A stretch of 64,000 bases of DNA, taken from NCBI GenBank assembly GCA_016839555.1, contig JAEOUA010000010.1, positions 352,001-416,000 of the forward strand, given 5' to 3'. The stretch comes from Promethearchaeota archaeon. Lineage in GTDB: Archaea; Asgardarchaeota; Lokiarchaeia; Sigyniarchaeales; SOKP01. Within the stretch, counting starts at the first letter, position 1; every line of letters starts with the position of its first letter. The position numbers and the translations under genes are program-made. The notes beneath the pieces are model-generated. The model did no database searches, was not told where the DNA came from, and saw only the letters and a program-made list of their open reading frames with translations. Below, in pieces: positions 27,897-38,022 of this stretch.

Positions 27897-29576
27897 TTAT
27901 TTCTTGAGTTTTTTGTATTCCTTGATAGTCTCTTCTGCGATTTTAATTGCTTTGTCCTTCTCTTTTATAGTTTGATTTAATTTTACTTCTAATTCTCTGG
28001 TGTATTTTTCTAATTGTTCTATTTTTTGTTCTGCTTCTTCGCTGAGTCCTCCAACTTCTTCTCCCGCTTCTATTTTACTCTTAAGAGATTTATATTTTTC
28101 TTTCCAGACTTTTAATTCAGTTTGGATTTCTTTTATTCGTTCATCGACAGGTATGTCGGGACTGACAATCCCTTTTTCTTGTTCTATTGTTTCAACTCTT
28201 TCTTTCCATGTGTTAAGTTCATCTTCTAAATTTTTTACCTTTTGTTTTAATTCAGAGATCATATCTAATAGTTCATCCCTGCTTTTATCTCCTAGAATTT
28301 CCTTAAACATTTCCTTTCCTGCTTCTAATTCTGCTTCTGATTTATCACCTAAAATACGTCGTTTTCTCTTTTGAAGATCTTCTACTGTCTGTTCAGAAAG
28401 GAAATCAAGAGGATTAAAACCTATCCCTCCATGTTGAGTCTCCCTTTTTCTAACTTTTACAAAAAGAGGAATTCCACTAACAGCTTCTCCGCTAATAATA
28501 CCTTCCCCTTTATCCAAACCACTAATATCTTCTCTATGCTCATTACTAAGATCTTCTGCGCTATGAATAGTTATATTTACATCATTTACATCAGATAGAC
28601 AATGAACTACCCAAGTTCCAGCTTGAGCTCTAATTGTTGTATCTAATAATTGCGGTCGCTGAGTGCCAAGAACTAAATTCGCTCCAAATTTTCTCCCTTC
28701 CTGAGAGAATAATTTAACCGTATCACATGTTTCTGTTGATTTTTTTCCAGCAAACAAATGTGCCTCATCTAAGAAGAGATAAAAAGGGGGAATCTTTCTT
28801 AAGGTACTGGCTTTATATAATTTTTTCAATAACCTCCCTGCAAGACTTTCCTGTGCTTCCAAAGATAGACCTCGCATATTAATAATCGTACATAAATTAG
28901 GAGCAATAATATCAGTTTCACTAAGAGAGAAGAGATATTCAATATCTAAATCCGCTGCTTTATTAATAGTTAAATCAGAAAATTCTATGATATTATCAAT
29001 AAATTGGCTTTCTTCTCCTCCCTTTTCTTCACTTGCTATTTTTAAACTACCGTATTCTCCATGTCGATCTAAAATTACTACAGGAATCCCTTTTTTCATG
29101 AATTCCTCACATAATACCCCCATAGTGTAAGACTTCCCGCTTCCAGAACGTCCAGTGATAAATACCCTTCCGAAATCCTTTACTAATAAATTCACATCAA
29201 AATCATAACCAAGAAGTTTTCCGAGAGCCACAGATTGTTCGGGAGGATTTTCTATCCCTAATACTTCCCTTATTTGTTCATCTTTTGCTAAATACACTTT
29301 AGAACCCACTTCGAAAGGTCTTTTAGGTCTTTCACCGATTACTGCTAAATCAGCTTTCATACCCTCCTCATCATTCCAAATGGTACTGATGGTCATTATT
29401 TTATGATCTCTGTTTCCCTTTTCATCCTTATTTCCATACACAACTAAATAGCTTGTTCTTTCGACCTTTTCGCTTTCGATTAAAACTCTAGCCTCAGATA
29501 TTTGCGTTTTTCCAGTAAGTATTCCTATAGGTTTTTCTTCTATACCAGAATCATCATTTTCATCATGTTCGGACAT
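27897..29576 (-). CDS. HerA/DUF87-like ATPase with C-terminal coiled coil
   Basis: HAS-barrel-like N-terminus, GRSGSGKS, ILDRHGEY, FLDEAH, EGRKFG, TQRP, HGG, then ~140 aa of heptad repeats. Confidence 0.85.
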   Translation of the reverse strand: MSEHDENDDSGIEEKPIGILTGKTQISEARVLIESEKVERTSYLVVYGNKDEKGNRDHKIMTISTIWNDEEGMKADLAVIGERPKRPFEVGSKVYLAKDEQIREVLGIENPPEQSVALGKLLGYDFDVNLLVKDFGRVFITGRSGSGKSYTMGVLCEEFMKKGIPVVILDRHGEYGSLKIASEEKGGEESQFIDNIIEFSDLTINKAADLDIEYLFSLSETDIIAPNLCTIINMRGLSLEAQESLAGRLLKKLYKASTLRKIPPFYLFLDEAHLFAGKKSTETCDTVKLFSQEGRKFGANLVLGTQRPQLLDTTIRAQAGTWVVHCLSDVNDVNITIHSAEDLSNEHREDISGLDKGEGIISGEAVSGIPLFVKVRKRETQHGGIGFNPLDFLSEQTVEDLQKRKRRILGDKSEAELEAGKEMFKEILGDKSRDELLDMISELKQKVKNLEDELNTWKERVETIEQEKGIVSPDIPVDERIKEIQTELKVWKEKYKSLKSKIEAGEEVGGLSEEAEQKIEQLEKYTRELEVKLNQTIKEKDKAIKIAEETIKEYKKLKK

Positions 29577-29666
29577 TAATCATCATGTTTTTTTTTAATA
29601 TGAGTTTAAAAAAATTGATTTCAATTATTACTAAATAGATAATTTAGCAATTTAATTCTTTTTATT

Positions 29667-30593
29667 TCAATTGGAATAAATAATGTATTTCTTTACCATA
29701 TGATGAGTGTGATAAGATAATTTGGCTTTTCTTAACCCTTCTATGCCTAAATCTTGTTCTCGATTAACGTATTTAGCATTTTCACCACAGCAATACTTTA
29801 AAAACATATTGTTTATCGCTTGATAAGAACCTTGATAATATACATGTGCTTTTTCTATATGAATTACATTTGTGTCGATATTAAGCATTTCGCCAAGTGT
29901 ATAGCCAGCTGTTTCATCTTTGACCAGTAAAATCCCTCCATTATAATCCAGTTCTGAATAATTATTTAGAAGTCTTTCTATTGCTTTCTGTTCTTCTTGT
30001 AAATCCTTATTTCTCTCACATTCATTCATCACACACCATTTATTTTGAAGTTCCCTACAATATTCCAACCATTCTTCAGAAATAAGATGAAATTCATAAT
30101 CATAATTTTCCAAAAAAGCCTCTAAATGCCTTCTTTTTGACCGATATTTATTCCCAGAAAGATTGATTAATGCATCTTTATCGTAGACATAATCCCAATT
30201 ATTCCTATCTTCTTCAATAATAAGATTTAACTGAGAAAATCTGTTCGTTTGCTTTAATTTAGAAATAATATTTTCGGAAACGCGATGAATTTCAATATTT
30301 TTAATTTCATTAAATAAATCAATTATGACTTCTTCTGGTGTTTCTCCTATTGGTGGAAAGAAAAATAAAGTATTATTCATTTTTGTTTTCGATTCTTTCC
30401 ACTTTCCTAAAAAATCTTTTGAAAAAATAAGTAAATGATTATTCCATTCTGAAAAGAATGAATTATAGTATTCTTGCCACGCAAATAAGTTCGTAAACGT
30501 AAATTCAGATATTTCTGGAGGACAATCCTTAAGATAATTGTTAAAAATATCTTTAACTGAGAGATTTATTGGAGAGGCATTATTCAAATTCAT
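29667..30593 (-). CDS. DUF2156 / aminoacyl-phosphatidylglycerol synthase C-terminal-like soluble protein
   Basis: SEFTFTNLFAW, DYVY...LSGNKY...KR, IHIEKA, YQAIN, YVNREQDLGIEGLRKAKLSY. Confidence 0.85.
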   Translation of the reverse strand: MNLNNASPINLSVKDIFNNYLKDCPPEISEFTFTNLFAWQEYYNSFFSEWNNHLLIFSKDFLGKWKESKTKMNNTLFFFPPIGETPEEVIIDLFNEIKNIEIHRVSENIISKLKQTNRFSQLNLIIEEDRNNWDYVYDKDALINLSGNKYRSKRRHLEAFLENYDYEFHLISEEWLEYCRELQNKWCVMNECERNKDLQEEQKAIERLLNNYSELDYNGGILLVKDETAGYTLGEMLNIDTNVIHIEKAHVYYQGSYQAINNMFLKYCCGENAKYVNREQDLGIEGLRKAKLSYHTHHMVKKYIIYSN

Positions 30594-30848
30594 ATGATAG
30601 GTAAAAATTAACTACTTTAAAAGCATTTTTTTTGAAAAATATAAATAATTTCGTAAGAGTTATTTTAAAGATGAAGAAACCGATATTTAATATCTCACTC
30701 TTGGGAGAATTCAGTTATTAACTTGAATAGTAATCATCTTAAGGATTTTCTATTTATATTGAAAAAAGAAAATAATTATTTCGAAAATAAAGAAAATCTA
30801 ATAAAAATAAAGAAAAAAATTGAGATTAAATTTGATTTATGAGTGTTT

Positions 30849-31850
30849 TTAGAGTTTTTTGACTATTAAATCTGCAAGACGATTTGAATAGCCCCATTCG
30901 TTATCATACCATGCTAATACGCTACATAGGTTTCCGATTGCATTAGTAAAAACACCACAGAAAATTGAACTTGCTGGATTGCCCACCACATCACTACTAA
31001 CAATAGGATCATCAGTATATTCTAAGATTCCTTTTAAAGATCCCTCTGCTGCTTGTTTCATAGCAGAATTTATTTCATCAATAGAAGCTGCTCGTTTGAG
31101 ATTAAATTTAACATCAATTACACTCCCATCAGGTGTTGGTACGCGTATTGCAATTCCATCTAATTTACCGTTTAATTCAGGAAATACTAAGCCGATTGCT
31201 TTAGCTGCGCCTGTTGAAGTAGGAACACTATTTGCACCTGCAGCTCTTCCACGAGTCATTTTAATAGGGTCCGCACGTCTAGCGGTATCAACAGTTGATT
31301 GATCGTTCGTGTAAGAATGAATTGTAGTCATAATTCCATTTTCAATTCCAAAACTATCATTTAAAACTTTAACTACGGGTCCTAGACAATTAGTTGTACA
31401 AGAGGCATTCGAAATTATTTGATGATCATCCCTCAATTTGTCCTCATTACATCCCAAAACCACAGTTATATCAGGATTAGTCGCTGGGGCACTAATCAAT
31501 ACTTTTTTAGCCCCTGCTTGTAAATGTTTCGCAGCACCATCACGATTCGTGAAGAATCCCGTTGATTCTAAAGCGATATCCACTCCGTATTTGGTATGAG
31601 GTAAATTAGCGGGGTCTCTCTCTGCAGTCACAGGTAATTCCTTACCATTAACTATTAATGCGCCTTCTTTATAACCAATTTTTCCAGGAAATCTTCCGAA
31701 AACAGTGTCATATTTAAGAGAATAAGCCAGATATTTAGGATCGAATAGATCATTCACATATTTAATGTCTATATCTGGATTATCATACGCTGCTCTAAAA
31801 AAATTCCGTCCAATACGTCCAAATCCGTTTATCATAATATTCTTTGCCAT
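30849..31850 (-). CDS. gap: class I (bacterial/eukaryotic-type) glyceraldehyde-3-phosphate dehydrogenase
   Basis: INGFGRIGR, ESTGFF, ISNASCTTNCL, TTIHSYT, STGAAKAIG, RVPT, WYDNEWGYS. Confidence 0.97.
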   Translation of the reverse strand: MAKNIMINGFGRIGRNFFRAAYDNPDIDIKYVNDLFDPKYLAYSLKYDTVFGRFPGKIGYKEGALIVNGKELPVTAERDPANLPHTKYGVDIALESTGFFTNRDGAAKHLQAGAKKVLISAPATNPDITVVLGCNEDKLRDDHQIISNASCTTNCLGPVVKVLNDSFGIENGIMTTIHSYTNDQSTVDTARRADPIKMTRGRAAGANSVPTSTGAAKAIGLVFPELNGKLDGIAIRVPTPDGSVIDVKFNLKRAASIDEINSAMKQAAEGSLKGILEYTDDPIVSSDVVGNPASSIFCGVFTNAIGNLCSVLAWYDNEWGYSNRLADLIVKKL

Positions 31851-32145
31851 TTATTTACTCACTCTTTAAACATTTCTAATTATTGTTTTAAATTTGTCAA
31901 GTTAAGAAAATTTACGACCTTTTTTTAAATTAACTTTTTTTTAGAGTTTGGAGTAAAGAATAAGATTTAAATGATAAACCAAAAACAAAAAAAGATTTAC
32001 TCAATAACTAAAAACCTAACTATTTAAAGAAGTTCAGATTATTATAAAATTAGGAATTTTTTTGAGAAGTAGTTCGCTACTATTAATCAAGGAATAATTT
32101 AAATTTATATTTATTACTCTTTAAAGAGGAAACAATTAATTAATA

Positions 32146-32760
32146 ATGAGTGAAAAAGGTTTTCAACGGAATTTAAAAGATACTTTAGTAATTGTCAGTG
32201 GAATACCCAGATCGGGAACTTCATTATTAATGCAGATGTTAAACAATGGTGGGATGGAGATATTAGCAGATGATATAAGAAAACCTGATGAAAGTAATCC
32301 GAAGGGATATTTAGAACTTGAAGCGATAAAAAAATTAGCTCAAGACAATTCTTGCCTTAAAAATCAAACTGGGAAAGCAGTAAAAGTGATTTCTCATCTT
32401 CTGAAATATTTACCGGAAGAACAAAAATATAAAATTATCTTTATGAATCGAGACATGAACGAGATTATTAAATCACAACAAAAAATGCTTAATAAAAATG
32501 AAAAGAAATATTCTAAGGAATTAATTAAGGCTTTTCTCAAAGAACTTAAACATGTAAAACAATGGGTTAAAGAACAACCTCATAAAGAAATGATAAATCT
32601 ACATTATAAGAAAATAATCAAGCACCCAATGAAAGCAATTGATAAAATCATCCAATTTCTAGGCATACCACTTGATAAGGAAGCAATGAGAGATTCCATT
32701 GACCCACGTTTATATCGCAGTAAAATAGATGAATCTGAAAATGATTATATTAATAATTGA
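32146..32760 (+). CDS. sulfotransferase family protein
   Basis: VSGIPRSGTSLLMQML 5'-PAPS-binding loop, NPKGYLE, IFMNRD...SQ. Confidence 0.8.
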   Translation: MSEKGFQRNLKDTLVIVSGIPRSGTSLLMQMLNNGGMEILADDIRKPDESNPKGYLELEAIKKLAQDNSCLKNQTGKAVKVISHLLKYLPEEQKYKIIFMNRDMNEIIKSQQKMLNKNEKKYSKELIKAFLKELKHVKQWVKEQPHKEMINLHYKKIIKHPMKAIDKIIQFLGIPLDKEAMRDSIDPRLYRSKIDESENDYINN

Positions 32761-32838
32761 ATTATAAAAAGATTCAGATTCATTTAACAGATTACATTAT
32801 GGCTAAATCTCTAAAAAATGAAATATAAAAATAAGAAA

Positions 32839-33624
32839 TTAACTTCCTTCTTTACTTTCTACCTTTTCCTCTTCTTCCTTGCCCATTAATCTTATCACAG
32901 CATCAGCAAGTTTGTTCTGACTTCTGCTGATAATACCTTTAAGTTTGCCCACTTTTCCAAGCACGCGCTCACTAATAGCGTTCCAAACAGAGCCGGGCTC
33001 GCCTTTTACTTCCATAAATCTGTCTCGAAATACCTTTACATCTATATTATCATACTTTTCTGCTGCGTCCGAACATTTAAAACATAAAATACAGAGATCT
33101 TCATCCACTACGATCTCATTATCCTTCACTGACAACGCTCCCGTCGCGCATTCATCGGCAAATTTTTCTAAAACTTTTTTATCTTTTTCGGTAGATGTTA
33201 TTTTTATGCTCCCCTCAACCACCTTCCGAATTTCTCTTCCATCTTCTAAAGTTCGGACTTGCTCTTTAAATTCGGGAAGAGAACCATTTTCTACAAGAGG
33301 AACCCTTTTTTCCCCATTAATAATGAGCTCTAAGGTGTAGCCAGGACAAATCCAAGTACATGAGCCACACCATATACATTTATCAGTATCAACAACAATT
33401 TTCTTATCAGAATCAATTCGCATATCTTTAGGAGTACCAATTGCGGTTTTCTTGATGGGTTCATCATAAATAGAAACGGTTACAGGGCAAACTCGGTGGC
33501 AAAACCCGCATTCTAAGCATTTACTCTCATCATATTGGAGGATCATTTCATGATTAAGCATTTTGTAAACATAATGAGTAATATTTTCGTCCACTTCTAT
33601 GGTCTTTTTAGCTGGTAATGAAAT
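32839..33624 (-). CDS. 4Fe-4S polyferredoxin-like protein (FwdF-like)
   Basis: CLECGFCHRVCP and CIWCGSCTWICP, plus a split third cluster (ECATG / CILCFKC). The track start is GTG 33594, but the frame stays open to ATT 33624, which sits behind GGTGGA. Confidence 0.8.
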   Translation of the reverse strand: MSLPAKKTIEVDENITHYVYKMLNHEMILQYDESKCLECGFCHRVCPVTVSIYDEPIKKTAIGTPKDMRIDSDKKIVVDTDKCIWCGSCTWICPGYTLELIINGEKRVPLVENGSLPEFKEQVRTLEDGREIRKVVEGSIKITSTEKDKKVLEKFADECATGALSVKDNEIVVDEDLCILCFKCSDAAEKYDNIDVKVFRDRFMEVKGEPGSVWNAISERVLGKVGKLKGIISRSQNKLADAVIRLMGKEEEEKVESKEGS

Positions 33625-33829
33625 CTTTAATCCACCTTTCTTATCGTAGTAATAGTTTTAATATGAATAATATAAATTTATTAATAAATAAAATTATTAT
33701 TTTTATTTCAATTCGAAGTTATTAATTTCCTAATTACTAATTTCAACAATAGATAATTTATATTTTTTTCTCTGATACTTATTTAAAAATATTTCAACTT
33801 CAATCTTTTCCAATTTAGAGATCTTCAAT

Positions 33830-34954
33830 TTATTTCTGAAAAATATCGTTTACTAAAATCTCGGTGGATTCAAATACAGAAATATCTCCACTAAATTCTT
33901 TCACTAATCTCCCAAAAATCGTTTCAAACTTGGTTATAAATTCTTTTAACAATACTTTTGTGTAATTTAATTCTTCAGAGGTGTATAACACTCCTGTACT
34001 CAAATTTCCAGAATACATGACTATGTTTTCATCCTTTTTCTTTACAACGGAAATTTCCATCCGAGATTGCGTCATTTGATCAATCAGCACATTTATTCCG
34101 GAAAAGGCTGCTGATATTAAATTTTGATCCATAAATTTCTTTCCTTCCTTAAATATTTTATAATAGAGACAGATTCCAGAAGAATTCATTAAAAATAAGG
34201 CCTCCAGCTTATCCATCCAATCAAACTCAGAAAAAGGGGGTAAAGTAAGGAAAAAAATGGAAAGCAAGAGGAGCCCTGCTAATTGGAGTATATCCCCTAT
34301 TAATCTTCCGGCTAATCCAAAAACATTTATCATTAAATCTGTAGAAAAAAGAAATCCTATAAGAGTTAAGCCAATTCCGGATAAATATTTGAAGAGCCCA
34401 ATATAGAGATTTTTTTTATTTTGTACTTTTTTTGTAAAATCAATTAAATATACCAACAAGAAAAAGATGAATATGGACCAGAAGAAATAAGTTAGGTTTT
34501 GGGTAATTCTTAAATCTATTATAAATAGAATAAAAAATGTAAAAGCATAAATCGAAAATAAAATGGTAAATAAATATCTCTTATATAGAAAGATTTTATA
34601 TTTTTCCACGCAGCGAAGGAAAAGAATTGAATTACAACTTATCGCAAAATATCCTAAATTTAGAAAGACATATCGAAAACTTCCTATGCTCCAGAAAAAG
34701 AAGGGAGATATTAATTCATCCTGGGCATAGAAATCCGAAAATAGATAAAAGAACCATGTTAAACCAAATCCCGTCAACAAGAAAAAATATCCTAACTCTT
34801 GCAAATTTCTTAAGCCTTTTTCTTGCTTTAGGAATCGGATTAAAAAGATTATACTAACCTCTAATAAAGTAATCACCAAGACAAATTCCATGATCAACAA
34901 TGGCAATCGAAAGTTCCCACTGATTGGAAATGTAAGATATAAAATATTAAGCAC
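33830..34954 (-). CDS. 7-TM membrane protein with C-terminal longin-like domain
   Basis: Seven hydrophobic segments, then LFLMNSSGICLY...LISAAFSGI...FITKFETIF...FSGDISVF, an Asgard-type longin signature. Confidence 0.75.
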   Translation of the reverse strand: MLNILYLTFPISGNFRLPLLIMEFVLVITLLEVSIIFLIRFLKQEKGLRNLQELGYFFLLTGFGLTWFFYLFSDFYAQDELISPFFFWSIGSFRYVFLNLGYFAISCNSILFLRCVEKYKIFLYKRYLFTILFSIYAFTFFILFIIDLRITQNLTYFFWSIFIFFLLVYLIDFTKKVQNKKNLYIGLFKYLSGIGLTLIGFLFSTDLMINVFGLAGRLIGDILQLAGLLLLSIFFLTLPPFSEFDWMDKLEALFLMNSSGICLYYKIFKEGKKFMDQNLISAAFSGINVLIDQMTQSRMEISVVKKKDENIVMYSGNLSTGVLYTSEELNYTKVLLKEFITKFETIFGRLVKEFSGDISVFESTEILVNDIFQK

Positions 34955-34963
34955 CTCTATTTT

Positions 34964-36124
34964 TTAAACAATTAATGTTTTTAGAATCATATCAAAACTC
35001 TTAAAGAGTAGTTTTTCTCTTTTTCGATCAAAGTCTTCCATTAATAATTCTTTATAGAAATTTTCAAATTGGTTTTTAATTTTAGTTAGAAAAACGCGAT
35101 AACTCTTTAAGGGATTATTAACAAGTAAGGCATATACAATATGAGAAAAGTTTTCTGTCCCATATTCTAATAAAACAACAACCTCTCCTTTTTTAATTTC
35201 TTGGAGATTTTTATCTCGAGAATAGGATATTTCAGCAAGGATTCTATCTATACCCTTTATTCCGCCCTTAATTAATTGCTCTAGTGCTGTAATATCGGAA
35301 ATAACCTTATCAACCCCTTTATTTTTTAGGGAGGTGGAAATATCAGTAAAATCCTTCTTATATAGAATAGAATTCTTTTTTTGATTAATAATAAACAATT
35401 TAATAAGGTTTTCTTTCCATTGGAACTCATAGAAAGTAGGAAAATTATAAATTCCAATTAGAACCATTCCAAACCCAGCAAATAAGATGAAAACCCCAAG
35501 ATATCTCAAAGTTACTAACAAATAGCTATTTAATAAGAAATTAAAAAAATTTAACACAAAAAATAGGGAGAAATAACTCATGATAGTCCCAAATATCACT
35601 TGATTTAATCTATATTTAATTTCTCCTGAAATTTCTCTATTTATGATGAATATAATAGAGAAGAAATAAGCAATAATTAAGGATATTGTAAGGATATATA
35701 TTAAAGTTTCTATAATTGGGATTAAAATAAGCATAATAGCGCTAAGAATGATTAAAATTATACCACAAATTAAATATATATAATTAATTTTTAAGCTTAT
35801 AATCTGGGAGAATTCTTTGATAATTACGAAAATAACTAAGGGCATAATATTAAGTTGGACAATAAAAATAGATAGCCAATATAATATGTCTCTAGTTCCA
35901 AAATTTACTACAAAAAACTGAGAAATGGTGAAGAAAAATAAACTGGAAATAAAGAGAAAGTATATAGTCCCAATAGCTAGTAAAATTTTATCTAAAGGAA
36001 GTTTTTTATAACTTAATTTATAAAATCTGTAAATTGAATAAAAAGCTAATTCAATACCTAGTATTATAATTAAGAGATATAAGAGAAACTGAAATTCTTC
36101 ATAATAATTTAACTGTAAAATCAT
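34964..36124 (-). CDS. 7-TM membrane protein with C-terminal longin-like domain (divergent paralog)
   Basis: Seven hydrophobic segments; PTFYEFQWKENLIKLFII junction; LIKGGIKGI...IKKGEVVVLLEYG...FENFY. Confidence 0.7.
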   Translation of the reverse strand: MILQLNYYEEFQFLLYLLIIILGIELAFYSIYRFYKLSYKKLPLDKILLAIGTIYFLFISSLFFFTISQFFVVNFGTRDILYWLSIFIVQLNIMPLVIFVIIKEFSQIISLKINYIYLICGIILIILSAIMLILIPIIETLIYILTISLIIAYFFSIIFIINREISGEIKYRLNQVIFGTIMSYFSLFFVLNFFNFLLNSYLLVTLRYLGVFILFAGFGMVLIGIYNFPTFYEFQWKENLIKLFIINQKKNSILYKKDFTDISTSLKNKGVDKVISDITALEQLIKGGIKGIDRILAEISYSRDKNLQEIKKGEVVVLLEYGTENFSHIVYALLVNNPLKSYRVFLTKIKNQFENFYKELLMEDFDRKREKLLFKSFDMILKTLIV

Positions 36125-36266
36125 CGTTATTAGAATGATTATTATTGTTAAAAATATTGCTTTTCAGATTTAAATAATTTTGTTTAATCTTTTCTTTAAT
36201 GAAAGAATAATTTAATTAACCTTATGAAAAACATAAACACTACTGTATAAGTTAGCTAATAAGAAT

Positions 36267-37229
36267 ATGAAAAATAAATCATTATCAGAGATAACTTTTT
36301 CAAAAATCTTTATGCTGCTTTCTGCTACATGTATGGGCTTTGTTGGAATTTTTGTTGATTTATTATCTGAGTTTCCAATTTATACCATCGCATTTTTCAG
36401 GGGTGTATTTGGAACATTATTGTTAACTATTCCGATGATTAAAACCAAATCATTTTCACTAGAATTTTTAAAAAAAGTATTTAAATATAATTGGAAACTA
36501 TTACTTGGATTATTAATTGTGAGTCCAATAACTATTTATTTATATTTTTTAAATATTTCTTTATCAGGTTATGCAGTTGCTGCCTTTCTTTTATATACAA
36601 ATGGGTTATTTCTTTTAATTTTTCTTTCTCTATCAAGCGAAAAACATTATATTACTAAAAAAAATATAATTGGATTTATATTAGCCTTAATTGGAGTATT
36701 ATTCATAATGGAAATTTGGAAGGGAGATTTATTGATAAATACCGTTTTAATTGGTTTAGCATCTGGGATAATATTAGCAATTCAAGTTTTTCTTAAAAAA
36801 AAAGTATATGAGAAAAAAGAGAAATATTCTTCTGAATTTACAGAAGAGCATATTATTGATACTTTTTTGGCGTGGTGGTATACTCTTACATTAATAATCT
36901 TTTTTTTACCCCTCGGAATTAAGGATATTATTCATCTAACTGGTTATAATTTATTATATTGTTTTTTATTAGGATTGATTCCAACCGCATTAGCCTTTAT
37001 CTTATATAATAAAGGAATTAAGAATGATAAGGGAGGTAATATCTTTATTCTTTCCTATTTTGAACCTGTAATTGCGACAATCAATACTGCCATTTTTCAG
37101 CTCCAAAATTTATCACTTTTTACCATTATAGGAGGCACTCTTATTTTAATTGCTAATATTATCATTTTAAAAAGTTCGAAAATAATTAATAATAATATTC
37201 TAAACAAAAGCAATCCTTTAGCTAATTGA
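36267..37229 (+). CDS. DMT/EamA family transporter
   Basis: About 10 TM helices in two repeats; IAFFRG, AAFLLYT, LGLIPTALAF, SYFEPVIA. Confidence 0.9.
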   Translation: MKNKSLSEITFSKIFMLLSATCMGFVGIFVDLLSEFPIYTIAFFRGVFGTLLLTIPMIKTKSFSLEFLKKVFKYNWKLLLGLLIVSPITIYLYFLNISLSGYAVAAFLLYTNGLFLLIFLSLSSEKHYITKKNIIGFILALIGVLFIMEIWKGDLLINTVLIGLASGIILAIQVFLKKKVYEKKEKYSSEFTEEHIIDTFLAWWYTLTLIIFFLPLGIKDIIHLTGYNLLYCFLLGLIPTALAFILYNKGIKNDKGGNIFILSYFEPVIATINTAIFQLQNLSLFTIIGGTLILIANIIILKSSKIINNNILNKSNPLAN

Positions 37230-37237
37230 GTTGATTA

Positions 37238-37798
37238 ATGCCATATATGGAAATTTCTTTTGATGATATAATTTTTGACAGAAAAATTCAAACATTATGT
37301 ATTACACCTCAATTTAAATGCCCTTATTACGGTCATTCATGGGCCTGTCCACCGGAAGCACCCTATATGGAACAAGAAATCTCAAAATATTCTAAATTCT
37401 TTTTAATATATCGCAAATTTAATTTGGCCGAATACGTTGCAATAAAAAAAAAACAACATCCTAAGCGAAGTGAACGATCAATTAGAAATCGATTTTATCT
37501 AAAAACTATTATGAGAAATGATTTGGAGAAAGAAGTTTCCCAATTTTTACAGCAGTACACAGAAAATTATAGGGAACGACTTATTCTATGGGGTGGACAT
37601 TGTAGAGTGTGTGAGCAAAAAGGATATAGGAAATGTTCTTATGACAAAAATGAACCTTGCAGGTTTCCAGATCAAATGCGATACTCAATGGAGGCGGTAG
37701 GCATAGATGTGACAAACACAGTGAAGAATTTAGATTTAGAAATTGAGTGGCCTCCGATAAAGTATTATTATCGCTTCGCCTTATTCTGTTTTAATTAA
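37238..37798 (+). CDS. DUF2284 family predicted metal-binding protein
   Basis: CPYYGHSWACPP, GGHCRVC, C...PCRFP, RYSMEAVGIDV. Confidence 0.88.
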   Translation: MPYMEISFDDIIFDRKIQTLCITPQFKCPYYGHSWACPPEAPYMEQEISKYSKFFLIYRKFNLAEYVAIKKKQHPKRSERSIRNRFYLKTIMRNDLEKEVSQFLQQYTENYRERLILWGGHCRVCEQKGYRKCSYDKNEPCRFPDQMRYSMEAVGIDVTNTVKNLDLEIEWPPIKYYYRFALFCFN

Positions 37799-38022
37799 TT
37801 TTAAATCTTTAATTTATAATTTTAATAATATAGAGAAATTTTTTTAAGTAATAAAATTAGTTTTTTAATTAAAAATGGTCCATGGAAGACTTTTATAAGA
37901 ATATAATTTTTATTATTTTTATTGCGTCCTACTTTTTATGGATAATTAAAAAGTTATAAATAGATTTAAAATAATATAAAAAATAATATTTTAATAATAA
38001 TTGAATTCTAATAAAACCAAAA

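Noticed and set aside
33830-36124. Rhodopsin or true GPCR identity for the 7TM proteins
   Set aside because: No retinal-binding Lys motif in TM7 and no GPCR signature motifs.
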